A stretch of 63,470 bases of DNA, the filler included. It is 7 parts of 7 records of this genome, joined end to end, with 100 filler letters (N's around TTAATTAATTAA, not from the genome) between each part and the next. Parts side by side here need not be neighbours in the genome. Positions count along the whole stretch, not along the records: positions 1 to 22,464 come from DRR378314_1937; 6 more parts are not named here. The stretch is one strand, 5' to 3'. The notes under the pieces were generated by a model. It saw only the letters and a list, made by a program, of their open reading frames with translations. It had not been told where the DNA came from and did not search any database. Positions 1 through 18,713 of this stretch are shown here, in pieces. The translations under genes were made by a program, and so were the position numbers. Position 1 is the first letter of the stretch; the number at the start of each line of letters is the position of its first letter.

Positions 1-836
1 CAAGTGCAACAGCGCGGTGTGGGAAGCGCTGCCTGCAGCGGAGCGGGTCGGGTTTCCGCACCTCGATACGCAGCCGTGGGATGAACGTGCAGAAAACGCC
101 AAAGCCAGCGAGTCTTAGATAGTAATTTGCCCAAGACCGGGGAAGTTTCTGTTTAAATCTTCAAAGTGGAAACACATTCGTGAGACGCGTTTGCAGAAAC
201 GTTGGTAGCGTTGCGGCTTGCCACAGGCTAGGAAATGAACGAATGTCGTGAACTACGTGCTCTTTGTGTCGCATTTGATTGTCTTGTTCTTTGTTGGGTT
301 GCTTGGGTTCAGTGGTAACGCACAGGCCACCGCATTGGCCCTGATGCAAAGGGTCTCATGCCTCTGCTTTATTTTGTTGTCCCGGTGCTTGGAGAAGAAA
401 ACATGTAGGAGTTGCGGCGGCGGTGGAGTATTCGGAAGGGCTATTTTGTTTCGTCCAAAGAGAGGGAGGCAGAGAGGGGAAGCTGCTCCGTTTGCTTACA
501 GCCAGACCTGGGCTCCACCCTCGCATTCTGGAACTGGAATAGGTGGGCAATCCCAACTCTACCAGCCGCACACGGGTAGCATGCCGCGTGGTGTGCACGC
601 GTGTGCGAGGGCTCCTCCTTTTTCAGCCTTGTATACGTTGTACCACTACTCGCTGATGCACAAATATGAAAGTAGTGATACATGCCCGTTATGCACGGTG
701 TTCTCTGCTGCATCCAAGGGTACACCTCAGTTTTCGCATGGCTCCACCGTTCCCGGCACGAAACACGCTACTGCTGGGACGACTCCGCACAGGCAATCAA
801 GTTGGTATTTGAAGCTTCTGTATGTACCGCGGCATA

Positions 837-1713
837 CTTTTTCTGTTTTCCAACAATCTGGCATAAATATCTTGGTATTTGGTGAAAACATCATACTCTT
901 TGTGATACTTGATATGGTTGCCAGGGGCGTGCAGTCCGGGGAATTCGCACAGCCCTGGCACTGGGTCTGGTATCGTTGCGCTTGTTCGGCGAGGATGCCT
1001 CTCGGCTCCCCGGCTTGTTGGCCCAGGTGAGACTCGAAATGACACTTGTACCTTTCGCATCCCTCTCCAGCGTCCATTCGAGTTGAGATGGTGGAGTATC
1101 TAGTGCACATTATCATGCTTACACTTGAACAAATAACATCTTTTCAGTGCTTTGGCAGCTGCATGCTCGACAGTGGCTGTTGCACTAGAGTTCACTCAGG
1201 CAAGCACCGTGTGGACGAGCTGCAACACTGTAGTTGCTCGGTTCTTCCTCGGGGGATGCCGCGACACACGGCGCTTCTCTGCTCCGTAAACCTGATACCA
1301 GGGGTTCCAATTTTGTCGATAAGATTTCGATGGATGTATCATTGAGAATGCAGTTTGTATATTCTTTGAACGAGTTCCATGTGCGGATATGTGGCACTCG
1401 CCTGCACTGGGGTTTCCGCTGTTCCGCGTTGCTCACTTTTCCCTCCTGAAAATGCGCAGGTCGTGCATTCGGCTGTTAAGCTTCGCTGACTTCCTCTACG
1501 CTACCATGCTGTCGATAAAAGCTGTTGATTGGGAATACATGTACATCACGCTGAAGAGGAAAAGAGAAAGGATCGGCTGCTTACGCGCATCGGTGGCAGC
1601 ACTTGAGAGAGGACATGGTGGATAGCGTTGGGGCTCCTGGGCAGCACACGAGCGACGCTTGCAGGTCTGAAGCCCGGAATGTGCAGGTGCGGTGAGCGAA
1701 GGTGATGAGTCCT
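837..1713 (-). CDS. Hypothetical multi-exon protein divergent from UGPase (3' end unresolved)
   Basis: Consecutive minus-strand segments bounded by GT/AG signals join in compatible phases: ...AFIDSM | EGKVSNAEQRK...RPH | DTPPSQLEWTLERDAK | DPVPGLCEFPGLHAPGNHIKYHKEYDVFTKYQDIYARLLENRK. No recognisable family. Confidence 0.35.
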
Positions 1714-1960
1714 TACAAGACATTACTGTGAATCGCGCGCGTGTCACGTATCTCCCCACTCCCCTTCCCACTACGGCGTAGCGCTCCTGTGAAACCCCAG
1801 GACGTGGGCCTTTCGAAGCACGCCGCGCGCCTGGTGCGCGCATTACGTGCAAGCATTTACAGAACACCAATTTCTATTCTCTTTCCTTTTTGTCAGCGCA
1901 GCGTTTGCATCGTTTGTTTTCGTCTGCTCTCCCGTGCTTCGAGATATCCCACCGCTAGCC

Positions 1961-6856
<4,896 letters not shown>

Positions 6857-8333
6857 GACATCCGATGTCGCGGTGCGTGCTGCGAAGTCTTGTGGGACGG
6901 CGCGCTAGCTGGCGATTCGTGCCGGGGAAATACATGAGCAAGCGCTCTCCTGCGTAGCGCAGCCGCGCGCGCCCCCTTCTCACTTCGCAGTCCGCTGCCG
7001 ATGCCGAGAACAACCAAATGCACACAACTCGCGCGGGAGCGCTTGCTCAAAGGTAGGAATTCGCGGTTTTGCATTGTTGCACGAGTCGCACCGTGCTGCG
7101 TACGCGCGAAGTCTGCGAGAGCGGGAAGCGCCGCGCTCGGACTCCCCGGGCATCCGCGTTACGCCGCCGTAGGCAGCGAAGCACGCGCGCGCGCGTGAGG
7201 GCAAGAGCGCAGCCGACTTCCGCCTCGTCCACACAGTGCGCGGCGCTCTCCATTCGCCGTGTCCCGTTAACCACCATCTACAACAACACGAGAAGTTCAG
7301 AGACAGTGCAAACACCGTGCACATAATGAGCTGCGCCAAAAGCAGAGTGGGAGCAGCTGGGCACGCCACGCACGCGCGGTTGGCTGCACAGGTGGGGCGG
7401 GTACTGTGCGGGAGACAGTCCGCGAAGCACGCACCTAGCCCACGTGCTACGTACCGTCGTCTCCGCGCAAGACCAGGCCTCGAACAGCCGCGGAGAGTAG
7501 ACGCAGCGTAGCTAACGAGCGCTGTGCTGTCAGAATTGCTGTCTGTCTTCGTGCCGGTCGCATCGATACGTTGCTGCGCGACCGCATTCGAGGGGCGCAG
7601 CTTTCCGCCGCGCTCGCGCGCGCACGGCAGGAGCGCGCGGCGCCGGCAGCCAAGCGCGCCGAGCGCACCGCGCGAAACATGCTTCGCAGTTGCAGCGCGG
7701 AGAACAACAAGGATGATGAATCAAATAAAGAAGGGCCTGAATCGATAAAACCTTTTCCTTGCCTACGCTCAACCTCTTGTTTTAATGAGAACAGGAGTAG
7801 CAGGGCCGCAATCAGCTACCGGGCGCAAGAGACGGCGGCGGTGTACGGCGCGTTTCTTCGAGCTGCGCCGAGCGCCGCGCGAAGCGCGGCGGGGCACACG
7901 CGGCGCTTTGCTGCTGACTGCGGTGGAGTAGGAATACAGGGGTATTTTAGACATGGCGCCCCGCCGCGACCTCGCCGCTGGTCGCCTCGCGTGCGCAGGG
8001 AGAGGTACAGCTGGCTGGGCTTTGCTACCGAGCGCTCTCTACTGCAAGAGACTCGTTGTGCGCGTTTACTGCACATACTCCGTCCGGGTAGACTGCAGGC
8101 GGCGGTTGATTGTGCGGGTTTGGCGGAGCTGTAACTGGGCCGCGTCTCTGTGCCGCGAGCCGACGGAGTGTCTCCGGCCGTGCGCCTCGTGCGGTTGCGC
8201 TGGGGCCAGCTCGTTCTCGCCGCCCGCTGGGCGCTCGGTTGGCTGTGTTCCTCCCGCGCAGGCTGCTCGTGAGCGCGGGTTCGCATTTTTATTTCTCTCA
8301 TTAATTGCTCCTTTGACTCCCTGAGCCCCAGCT

Positions 8334-10555
8334 ATGCGGTGGAAACTGGGTGCACACATAGGGTCTGGCGCGTTTGGGTCAGTTTTCCGCGCCATCGATC
8401 CGGAAACTGGGAAGACTGTTGCGGTGAAACGCATCCGCTATGCGTGCGAGGAAGGCGCGGGAGGCGTTGCAAATCATGACCGCGTAGGGCGCTTAGAGAA
8501 CGAGATCGCGCTCCTCCAGCGCCTTCGGCATGAACACATTGTACAGTATTTGGGAATCGATCGTGATGACGAGTACGTCTACGTTGCGATGGAGTACGTT
8601 CCTGGCGGCTGCATCGCTGCGCGCCTTCGCGAGTACGGCCCGCTTGGGGAGCCCTTGGTACGCCGGCACGCGCGAACGCTTGTTTCTGTCGTTGCGTTCT
8701 TGCACCAATCACGCGTAGCGCATCGCGACATCAAAGGTGCTAATATCCTCATTGATGTCTCGGGATCTGTAAAAGTTGCCGATTTTGGATGCTCGGAGGA
8801 GCTGCGGTCCGTCTCCGAGTCGGCGGCGAGCGGCGGCGGCGACGCCCGCCGTCGGCTGGCTGGCACTGTGCCGTACATGGCGCCAGAGGTCATCCGTGCG
8901 CAAGAACGGTACGACTATTTCAAAGCTGACATATGGAGTATTGGATGTACAGTCTTGGAGATGCTGACAGGCGAAATGCCGTGGGGCAGTGATGCTGTGG
9001 ATCGCGAGATTCAGCTGATGTATCGCATTGGCCGCACAGAAAGCGGGCCTCCAGTTGCGGACAGCTTGTCGCCTCTGGCACGGTCGTTTTTAGCCGCGTG
9101 CTTCCGTTCCGACCCAGGTCGACGACCGGATGCAAATGCACTGCTTGTGCATCCGTTTTTGCAGCCTGTAGAAGCCAGTGGGGAAGCATATGCAGGTGCT
9201 CGTGCGTCCGCATCAGCTGGCACCGCGGCTGAGCGAGAGCGTCAGCGAAGCAGCTCTCTCGCCGAAGCTGCGAAACGGCTATCACTCTCTGCGCCTGCAG
9301 CTCCACAGCCGCGTGCTGCTTCGCCGTCTGCTTCTGCGGGTCCGCATAGCTTGCCGGTCACTAGAGCGGGTGTGTCTACGACCGACCCGAACACTCCACC
9401 GTCATTGGGCTCTGAAGCACGTGCTTCTGGTGGCGAAAGCGGGCGCCGCGGCAGTTCGAACTCATCGTCCAGCGAGTCTCGCCTCTCGGTTCCCGTGAGC
9501 TCCACGCGTTCTCGGGCGTCGTCGTCGCGTGAGCTCGTTGTCGATGCGCGACTTTTCAAGGTGCGTTTGTATGTGAAAACAATCCGAGTAGATACAAAGA
9601 TGGCTGCGATTTTGTTTAAGCGGGTTCGCTGCGCCCACTAGTTGTGTGATTTTATGCTCAATGTTGGTCGGGCTGGCTCTTTTGCCGTGTCACAAAGTTT
9701 CTGGAGCCAATGGAATGCCGGATCTCCACGCTTGTGTCATTTCGCTTCGGGGGGACGTGTACATTGATCCATGCCTGCATGTACGTGCTGCGAGTCGGTT
9801 GGGAATGTCAACTTCCCAATGCACGCATATGTATATCTTGTAGCGTGTTCTCGTGAACGAATGCCTAATCTGGGATGGTGGTGGGAATATTTTCCAGGAC
9901 TTGTGGACGATTACGATTGGCGGTTCCGCCGTGCCGCTCATCCGCTCTGCGCATACGCGCGTGTTCACACCTTGCGAAAGCTCAAACGACATCGCTGCTT
10001 TACCGCACGAGTTTACGCTTCGTGCAAGTCCGCCAGCAGTGCCGTCTCTCGATGTACGTTGTCGTCGTGTGAGTGGTTACGTGCCGCAATAGAGTCGCGG
10101 TTTCACCGTTTCCCTTCCCGGTGCGCTCCTCTACGCCAAAGACGAGCGACTGCTGTTTGCTGCGCGATTACAATCCGCGTACGCTATTCTACCGGTTGTC
10201 GCGCTTTCTAAGATTTCTCCGGGAGTGCAATGTGTTCCTCTCTCAGTGGGTTTGAATGTGACTGTACGCGTAGCAGCGAAATCAAAAAGGAGGTGACAGT
10301 GGAGGTGGAGGCGATTGGGTATGGTGTGCCGGTGAAGCAGCGCGTTTCGAAGTCGCGGGTTCTTTGTCCCTAAGTACACGCACGCTGAAGATTGGCAATT
10401 GACTTGTATTACTTGCGCATCGTTCTGTATTGTTCCGCTCGAGGTGCAGGTTCGGGTGATTTTCCACGAGTACGTTTCCAAAGATCCTGTCACTGTTCGA
10501 TTTGCGATGCAGCCCGGCGAGGACCAAGCAAGACGCGTGTACCTCATGAACATCC
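8334..10555 (+). CDS. STE11/MEKK-like Ser/Thr protein kinase (MAP3K) with Ser-rich linker and spliced C-terminal extension; true start and end uncertain
   Basis: Kinase motifs GSGAFGSV, VAVK, LENEIALL, MEYVPGG, HRDIKGANIL, VKVADFG, GTVPYMAPE, DIWSIGCTVLEM. Donor at ~9560; further in-phase exons at ~9898-10053 and ~10450-10555. An acceptor-like CAG at 8329-8331 suggests an upstream exon. Confidence 0.9.
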
Positions 10556-11476
10556 CGTACGTTTCTCCTCTGCTCTGCATGGGTACGGTGAGAGGATTTG
10601 TCGGGCGCTGCCGATCTTTCCTGGTTGTGCGCACTTCATGTGCGTGCGAAGCGGTTTTCGGTTCCTTCTTTCCTGTTGCGACGGAGTATGCACGCTTCCC
10701 GTGGTGAAAAACTCCCAGTCGTTCGTGTTCTCCGCGGGATGAACGGCAAGAAAAAATATCATTACACGATGTGATACGGAGATGTGGACGTTCACTGCAT
10801 CGACTTGTAGTGTAGTGTGCGTGCGTATGGATGGCCTCGTCTGCACAGCCAGGATGCTCGAGGCGATATTTGCGCGCGTCTTGTCTGCGCTGGCTTGCTT
10901 TGTATGAGGCGACAGTGCGCACCGTTCCAAAGTAAGAAAGAAGAACGCGTTCGTGCTTTGAAATGAGCGGCAAATGATACAGTGCCGCTTATACTGCTTA
11001 CAAACAATGAGGTGTTGTAATTCTGCACGTGTGATGCTGTCGTGCCGCAGACGGCAGTATGCTCGCCCGTTTCTCATACGGAAGGGCTCGGCGTCGGGAG
11101 GAAGGCCGTCGTAGGAGTTGGCGCTCAGGGCTCGTTCTTTCTGCGTATGTTCCACTGGGGAACCATGCGCAGGTCTACGAGGAATTTTTCATTTTCATAC
11201 GCATGATTTGAAAAGAATACACGGATCGGGGACGATGACTCCGCGCCCTTTTACAGATGGCGGCTGCATGGGAGCCGTCCGCAACGTCCCGCGGCTCTCG
11301 TGCCGCGCGAGAGCGCGCGTTCCGGAGGCGGCGCGAGGGAAAGTGGGCCCGCTGCCGCAGCGGTTGGCAGGTGGACGCACAAAACAGCACCCCAGCGCCA
11401 CTTGCGACGCCGCTCGTGACCTCCCCTTCTCTGCGCGTGAGTCTGCATCGGTATGGTTGCATTGCGTGTACACGCA

Positions 11477-14400
11477 CTACGCTTGTTCAACCTGCAGCGA
11501 CCGTAGACGGTTGAGAGCTGCTGCGATTTCGAAGCGCCTCGGTCGCGCATGGTTCACCGCGAACACTGGTGATAACACGTTGAGGCCGTGCGCCTCGATA
11601 TCCCTTTCCAGCGCTGCGGACATTTCCCGAATCGAGCACCTTCCATCCATGTACTGCTTGCGCAGGTACACAAGGGCAGCCCCAATGGCCCTGAAGACAC
11701 ACTCGCCAACGAGGCGAAAGGAAAGAGCGAGGGGCAAGGCGGGTGCATTACAGGGAAGCCCACCTCAGGCGGATGCGAGGCCTCGCATTCGGATGCGAGC
11801 TGACTGGCGTGCCATCTACAGTGGTTTTCTTCGGGTATACTACGATACTTTGCGGTCCAGTTGTGCACACGCGCGCGCATGAAGAGGGTTGCAGGCGAGG
11901 GACGGACTCATGTCCAGTGCGGGCCGGCAGGTGCACAGCTACCTCGTGTGGTGGCGTACCTTGTCTGCGACTTTTCGGCGATCTGCTCCACCGCATTGAG
12001 ATCAATATCCTCGTTGCCGAACGCAATTGCATCTGCATCGCGTACACGTATCTTTTCTCGGTGCCCTCTTTCTGCACTGACGCTGCTGGCGGATGGGATG
12101 CGAGCGCGCGAGGCCGAGAACACGTTCTCCACTTCGATTGAAGAAGCTCCGAAGCGCTTCGCGATTGCTTTGGCCTATATCAAGTTTAGGCAGCAGCAGT
12201 GTTGCACGCACAGGGTTGACTTTGTGTTACTGCGATATATAAGGGTTTGCGGCGTTTAGGCGTGCAAACGGGTCAGCACGACATCCATGGCATCCGTGTC
12301 AGTCCTGATGGGGCTCCTCGATGTTGCGCAAAACGCGCAGCGCAAGTGTGCCGGTACGGCACGCGCACGTAGAATAGACCATCGCAGTCCCAAACCGTAA
12401 GCGTGCTCAGGCGTGTTCAGCTGTCGCTACAGAAACTGGATGTCCGGGCGTGCGGACGAGGGAGCGGTTTCTTGCGGTGTAACTGCGGTGCGAAGTCGCG
12501 CGGGTATCTTCCCTTGGTGCGACTTGCGATCGTCGATGCCATTAGTTGGGCGGAAGAAGGGATTGAAGGAAACATTGGAAGAGCAGTGATATTGGGAAGC
12601 CATACGCACGTTCACTCGTCACGTCGGAGCCATGGAGAATCTCGTGGTGATAGCGGGCACAGCATCATTCTTACCCAGCGTCACGATAAATTGCCTTGCT
12701 CTATCTTTTTGGACATATTCACAATTTCACAAGCGCAATTTGGGTCCGTGCGGTGATATTGTGCTGGAAAATTCCCATACAGCATACCTCTTCGGTTACA
12801 TCTCGCGGCACGTACTCGTCCATCATTATGATATGGTTGGCAACGTCAAAATAGTCTCCAGCGCCGCCGATCACCAAAATTGTCGAGACATGATGCGTGC
12901 GATAAAGAGCTTGTACCTTTGCAATAAACGGCGTGATGGGCTCTTTTTCTTTTGCGACAAGCGCTTGCATTCGGGCATCTCGGATCATAAAGTTCGTGGC
13001 ACTTGTATCCTCGTCGATTAGGAGCGCCGTCGCGCCGACTTCCAGAGCCTCTACGATATTTGCAGCTTGCGACGTGCTGCCGGACGCTGTCCCCATGTAA
13101 AACAACCAAATATACCCATGAGTGCACGGTTGACAATGCTATAGGCGTGATACAATATGTACCTCGGCGCAACCTGCGTAGTGCCTGTGTGAAGTAGGCG
13201 AGCGGGGAGCGAAACACAATGCATGGCCGCATTGTATCGGAGGGGGTGTACTTGGAACGCAGTTTGCGCAATCTCCGCGCAGCTTTCGGAGAGTTCTGGC
13301 AGAGCTCACGAACGTACCGTCCGGTGTGCTGAACGAAGTTGTACTCTTGCAGTATGGCAAATTGTTTATAAAGGCGCTGATGTCAACATTTGCGATACTG
13401 CGCCCGTCCTCTGCTCTGATCTTTGCCGCGCAGTAATCGGTGACGACCCGCTCGCGCCCGTCGCCAGGAACTTGGTTGTAGACCCCCTTCTCAAGCGCCT
13501 TGGACCAACGGACAGGTCAACATGTGTACAGAGAAACCAATGGAGCAAATTGGATGGGCGAGACAAGGTGTAAGAGTAAGAATACGGCCGTAAATATACA
13601 CAAGGGTATTGTGTTGCGAAAGCTGTACCAAATACGGCAACGCAGATTACTGGACGATGTCCGTTGCGCATCGAAGCCTCAGATTCACATTCGCAAGTTT
13701 CTCTATACGCGGTATCTCTATGCACCAGCTACATTAGATGTGCTTTATGGCAACTGGGTACACCACATGAAACAAATTATCGTCTCAGACGACATAAGAA
13801 AGCGGGCCACAAGCGGCGAATCGGCGCGAGGGAAGCCCTGCGGGACCAGGCCGAGCGTACGCTGAAAACGTGACGAACAATGCCCTACCTGTAACCAAGT
13901 CCACTTAGCATGCGCGGTTACCCTTTGGGCAGCATACTATTGAACTGCTGATTTAGCTATAGTATGGTAGTATTGCATATAGAAACGCTCCATTGGTGCG
14001 CGACTTGCGCGAGAAACGATACCTGCAGCAGCGTGGACTTTCCATGGAAGCCGCCGCCCACAATGACGGTGATGCCGTGCGGTACTCCCATACCGCGCAG
14101 CACTCCGGCGTTCGGCACGGAGACTTCGACCTGTGAAGGAGGGACGCAGTGGAGTTCATAGAGAGTGAACGCGAACAAGTTCTGATACAGAACACATGAT
14201 AGCGGGTAGAGGCCCGGTGTATAGCGCGTGGGCATGGCCATAATCAATGCATCGCGGCGAGATTGTCCGCATTCCGATTGGGCGCGGACTTCTGAGCCGG
14301 CCATGCGATGCGTGGAACTCTCAAGTAACACCTGCCGGTTTCGTGCGTCGAAACGATTCTCTCTCGATGCATCAAATCATGAGCGAGTCATGTTGACCAT

Positions 14401-17124
14401 AGCACCGAGCAGGTACAAGGCTATTTGCATGACAAATTCAAAGCAAAGCAGTGCTAAGGCGGCGCGGGCAGGGGCACTGCGGAATGCGCGATAGTAATGC
14501 GGCCGAGGCGGTCTTAGATAGCACAGCAGCGGCTTGAAGCCCGATGTGCTGCAGACACACCGACAAGGAGAACAACGATTGCGACATCAATGATATTCTA
14601 TACACAGCATACGAGCTGCAATGACTAATAAATACATTACCTCGAGCGATGGGGGCGATTGAAAAGGGATAACCGTGCCTTGGCAAAGCGGCCTGTCGTC
14701 TGCTCCGGATGCCCGCGGTAGGACCGAGCCGTTGCCTACGAACGCGACAAGGCCTGGATAAAGCACAAGCACAACACCAGCTCACAAAGTACATCATCCA
14801 AGGAACATTATGTATATTACCTATCGACAAGTTGAAGATGCGAGCATTAGCCAGCCTCTTAGCCTCTGGCTACCGCGATGCACTTCCTGCAAGCACTGCA
14901 ACGTCAGCAACAAGGAACTGACGAACCGACATACAAAATTTACTCGCTCGTAGCGTTTCGCCAATACCTGCAGATCCACCAAGAACCCCCATCCCCTTCA
15001 CTTGAAATAAAACACTGGTAGATGGTAGCACGTTCTGGAGAATTATCTTGTACAGCATCAACGCATGTACCGGAGGGCTACCGTTTGTATGTGTTGCGGT
15101 ACGTCAGCCACTGTTGGTATGAGCGCCCGTAACTTGATGTACGCAGTGAGTAGCTCGAATCGCATTTTTCTTTCCGGCGACTTGGTGTACCGCACGGAAC
15201 GACCTTGATGCGCGGGGTATCAATCTGAGCTCTGGATGCACCGCGTGCGGCTTACCTAAGGACGCGAGTTGCCCCCGCAGCGCATCTTGGTCTTCGTTGA
15301 CCTGCGCGTGGTTCTGTAATGCGGTTGGGTCTAGGGCGGAGTATAAGGCGCTGGCACGAAGATGCTGCGGCAAGGACTCGCACAGGAGGCTGTACGCCAG
15401 CTGGCCCATTATTGTCCTTCCTTGCGCTGGCAGGCCGATCGAGACGCGCAGTTCTACGCTTTCATTCGTTACTGTGGCACAGGAGCGCTCAACGATGTGC
15501 TGTCCTGGGCAGTCGATCCGCAGGTCGCCGCCTTTGGCAGAATGCTACTTCAACCGGGGCAGGCGCGTAGCAGAACCGGCACCACGGGCCAAACGAGAAA
15601 GCAAGGGCCATCGTGGCGCAGTGAGGAAAAAGGAACCAAATACTTTTTCTTACTTTGCGCATGTTGGATTTGCTTGCTAGAAATTTTCGAGGGAACGCCT
15701 GTACACGCCACGGAAAATGACGCCTGGTGCGAAGCTAGCAAGAATGTATCTCAAGCTCATGTCTCTCCGGGCAACAGACAGTGCTTGTTGCACGCACAGT
15801 TCTGCCAATCCAGAGCAGTTCGAGCGCAGACCGCCAACAATGCGGCATTCGGATAGTGTGGGACGTACCCACGAGCCAGTTCGTCGGATGTGGTCGCCAT
15901 GTTGGACGCACTGCGCGTGGAACGCACGCGCCACAAAGTCTGCTGCAGCTACGCGACGGCTCTTCGACGACAGAATCGATGCGGGAAATTGCGCCATCTG
16001 AATCAAAGGGGAACGGAGAGTTGCGGACAACTTGCAAGCTTGATGCGCAGTACTATATTCCACGATCCACCCCGTGCAGTCAGTGATGGGTTTGCACGTT
16101 GCATATTTGAGCTGCACCTATTTTCTTGCTCGTGCTGCAGAGCGCACATGCACAGTTCGGCGCGCTCGAGTGGGAACGGATGGCTTCTGCTATGAGATAG
16201 AGGATGCGCCTACCTGCTGTGGAACAACGCATCGAAAATGCGAAGGCTCGGCGTACGCATCTCCTTGGACATGATCAACGTGCAATGTAAACCAATCAAA
16301 ATCATATGATCCATACAAATCTTTATACGCGTTGTAGCTGCGCGGTTCACGTGAGAACAAAGTAGGCATGGTCGCAGAGAGGAGGACGGAACTGAGTGGG
16401 CGCGGTTCTCCAGAACCAGCGCACCGGCGAAACGCCTGTCCATGCTGCTCCGATGTTGCCACAGGGACGACGGAATCCCAGTAGATGACGTCGCGTACTG
16501 GCACAAACACTGTATGACAAAGGTTTCGTCAATGGAGGTTACCATTATAACCGGGAGAAAACTACGTACGAAGGACATCCTGTTTCTCGCCAAGGCATCA
16601 GGGCGTGCGCTCTAGTCGTCGCGCGCTCGTTTTGCCGTTTGCACTGCCAAGCAATGGAGGCTTGGTACAGCTTCCCTCTGCGAGGCTGTCCCGAGGAACT
16701 ATCAGTGTACATGCACGAGACCCGCGCATCGTACCTTTTGTGATCAATACGTTGAAGTGTGGCTTGCAATTCGTGTGCGGAGCGCACGCATGTCGATGCC
16801 AAACGCCCCCACGCAGCTGCCGGCGCAGTAGTGTTGTCCGCGTGCGCTGGGGCGTCGCCTGCTGACCGGTCGGAGCTGTCGGCTTCGCGCGGAAGTCCGC
16901 GGTAACCTGTGCTGCTGCCGCCACGTCCACGACCTCCTCTGCCTCCTCCGCCATACTTTTGTTTATAGTACCATCCTCGTCCTGCATTAAGGATGGCAAA
17001 CATATAGGGTCATATGTCACGCTTAGGCTGCGCAGGAGCTTTGTGCGCTAGCACAGTGGCGCGCGCCCGGCGAGCGAGCGCGCTGCCGCCCATGCCGCAC
17101 TCGCGCCTTACCACGGCCGCGCAT
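11477..17124 (-). CDS. ABC-class ATPase of the COG3044/PF09818 family (MRB1590-like) with N-terminal RGG-rich tail, ~11 exons
   Basis: Spliced peptides: LQRIDHK-SYNAYKDLYGSYDF..HVDHVQGDAYAEPS; GLPAQGRTIMG; GLVAFVGNGSVLPRASG; Walker A GGGFHGKST; PGDGRE; IRAEDGR; ASGSTSQAANIVEALE; Walker B LLIDEDTSATNFMIRD; GGAGDYFDVA; PRRFEIAAALNRLR, then stop at 11477. Confidence 0.88.
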
Positions 17125-18713
17125 GCTCGTCCAATGAAGCGATCCACGTGCAGCGCAATGCAGTTTTCGTACGCGTAGAATGGTGGCTAGATGTTCAGTG
17201 CGGCAATGACGACGTGAGCCTGTCTCGAATGCGGAGCGCACTTTGTGTTGGGAAACGCAACACCGCGTCTGGCGAGCAGCGACTCAGCTGCCGTATTGCC
17301 TTGAGGAATGCGGCAGCGGAATAGGGCTACTTGCGTTCCCAGGGCGTGCTGGCCCCGAATCGTGTGGTGTCCGCAACACGTTGGAGCGAACGGCAACTCG
17401 GCGCTCGCGGTAATGGATATCGAAACCGAATATATATATAAAAGAGGCATTCATGTTCTCTTAACGCCACAGCAACAGTTTGTACACTTTGGTTTCCCTT
17501 TTCCAGGACATTCGTCAGGATCAAACGGCAATACTGGCAGAATGGTACCAACTTTGCTCCTGGAAGTGCTTCTCAGCGCGGCAAGTGCCTCCCTTGCGTT
17601 GCAGTTCCAAGTTGTTGGTTTTGTTTATGCGCGCTTGCGTTCGACGGCGGGATGCTTTGCAACTTGGCTTGCTCGAGAAATGTCATCAGTGCAAAGGAGT
17701 ACCATTGTCATGTGATGACTAGCCCCTCTAGCGGTTATTGGTAACGAATGTATGGAGCAGCAGGCCATCCAAAACCAAAACAGGTGCATTGCTGATTCGA
17801 TTGTGTCTTTCAGGTGATAGGTGTGAACAATTGAGGCAAGCGTGCCGTTGCAGATTCGACGTCGGCACTACTTGAGGATCAACCCGTGCTTTGGATATCA
17901 TACTTTTGACATGATAAGGAAATGGGTTGAAATTGCGCGCCAACGTAGATCCGCATGCATACCAGTCATGTACGAAAAACTTTTCGTGCTGGCTAGCGTT
18001 TCTGAAACCCCGGAACATCTGCCAGAGCATCGAAGCTGGGCACTGTTTGCTGCTGCTGCTGCAGCGCTTGCAGGCAATTCCCGTTGTCATGACGACGTGA
18101 GAAAGCAAGACGCCAATGATTATTTGCCATACGGTGAATATTCGCTGGCATTACACATAGTGTATGCTTGTACTCCGAAAGGACGCTTCCCGGACCGGTA
18201 TGTTGGGAGCGTGGTTTTGTCCTGAACAGCTCGGGGCCGCGTCATCCAAGCATATTGGGGTTGAGTATAGGGTTGAGTACTTTATGCGCGACTTCCTTGG
18301 TTGCCGCTGCTGCGTTCCTGTCGTTGCTCGACGTGTCTGTGCATTCGCGCAGGACAACGTCCCCCCCCACGTGGGGCGGCAGCGCCCTACGCGACTCTCT
18401 CGCAGTGGAAGCTTCTTTGTTCGAAAATACCGCCAGACGGTATGTTTTTTCCGAAGGTTGATAGCGTTGCAGTTGGCGCGGCGGAGGCAGAGAGCTGCGC
18501 GCAAAACGAATCTCGACGGAGCGGTGGCGCCGTGACACGTTTTGACTTTGCTTTGCCAACTGTGCACTGAGTGTGCGCTGTCATGCGCGTTATGCTTCGA
18601 TTGGGGGCGCCCTTTGGGTTCTTGTCCCGGGCTGCAGATCACTGCGGGCTACCTTGACGTTTGCATGCACATATGTGTCCTTGTGGTATTCTTTACACAG
18701 GAAGCTGGGCTGA

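Noticed and set aside
248..1030. 260-aa plus-strand ORF, and similar long Arg/Cys-rich ORFs across the eukaryotic contigs
   Set aside because: They have no motifs and atypical composition, and are better explained as intron, antisense or chance frames in GC-rich DNA.
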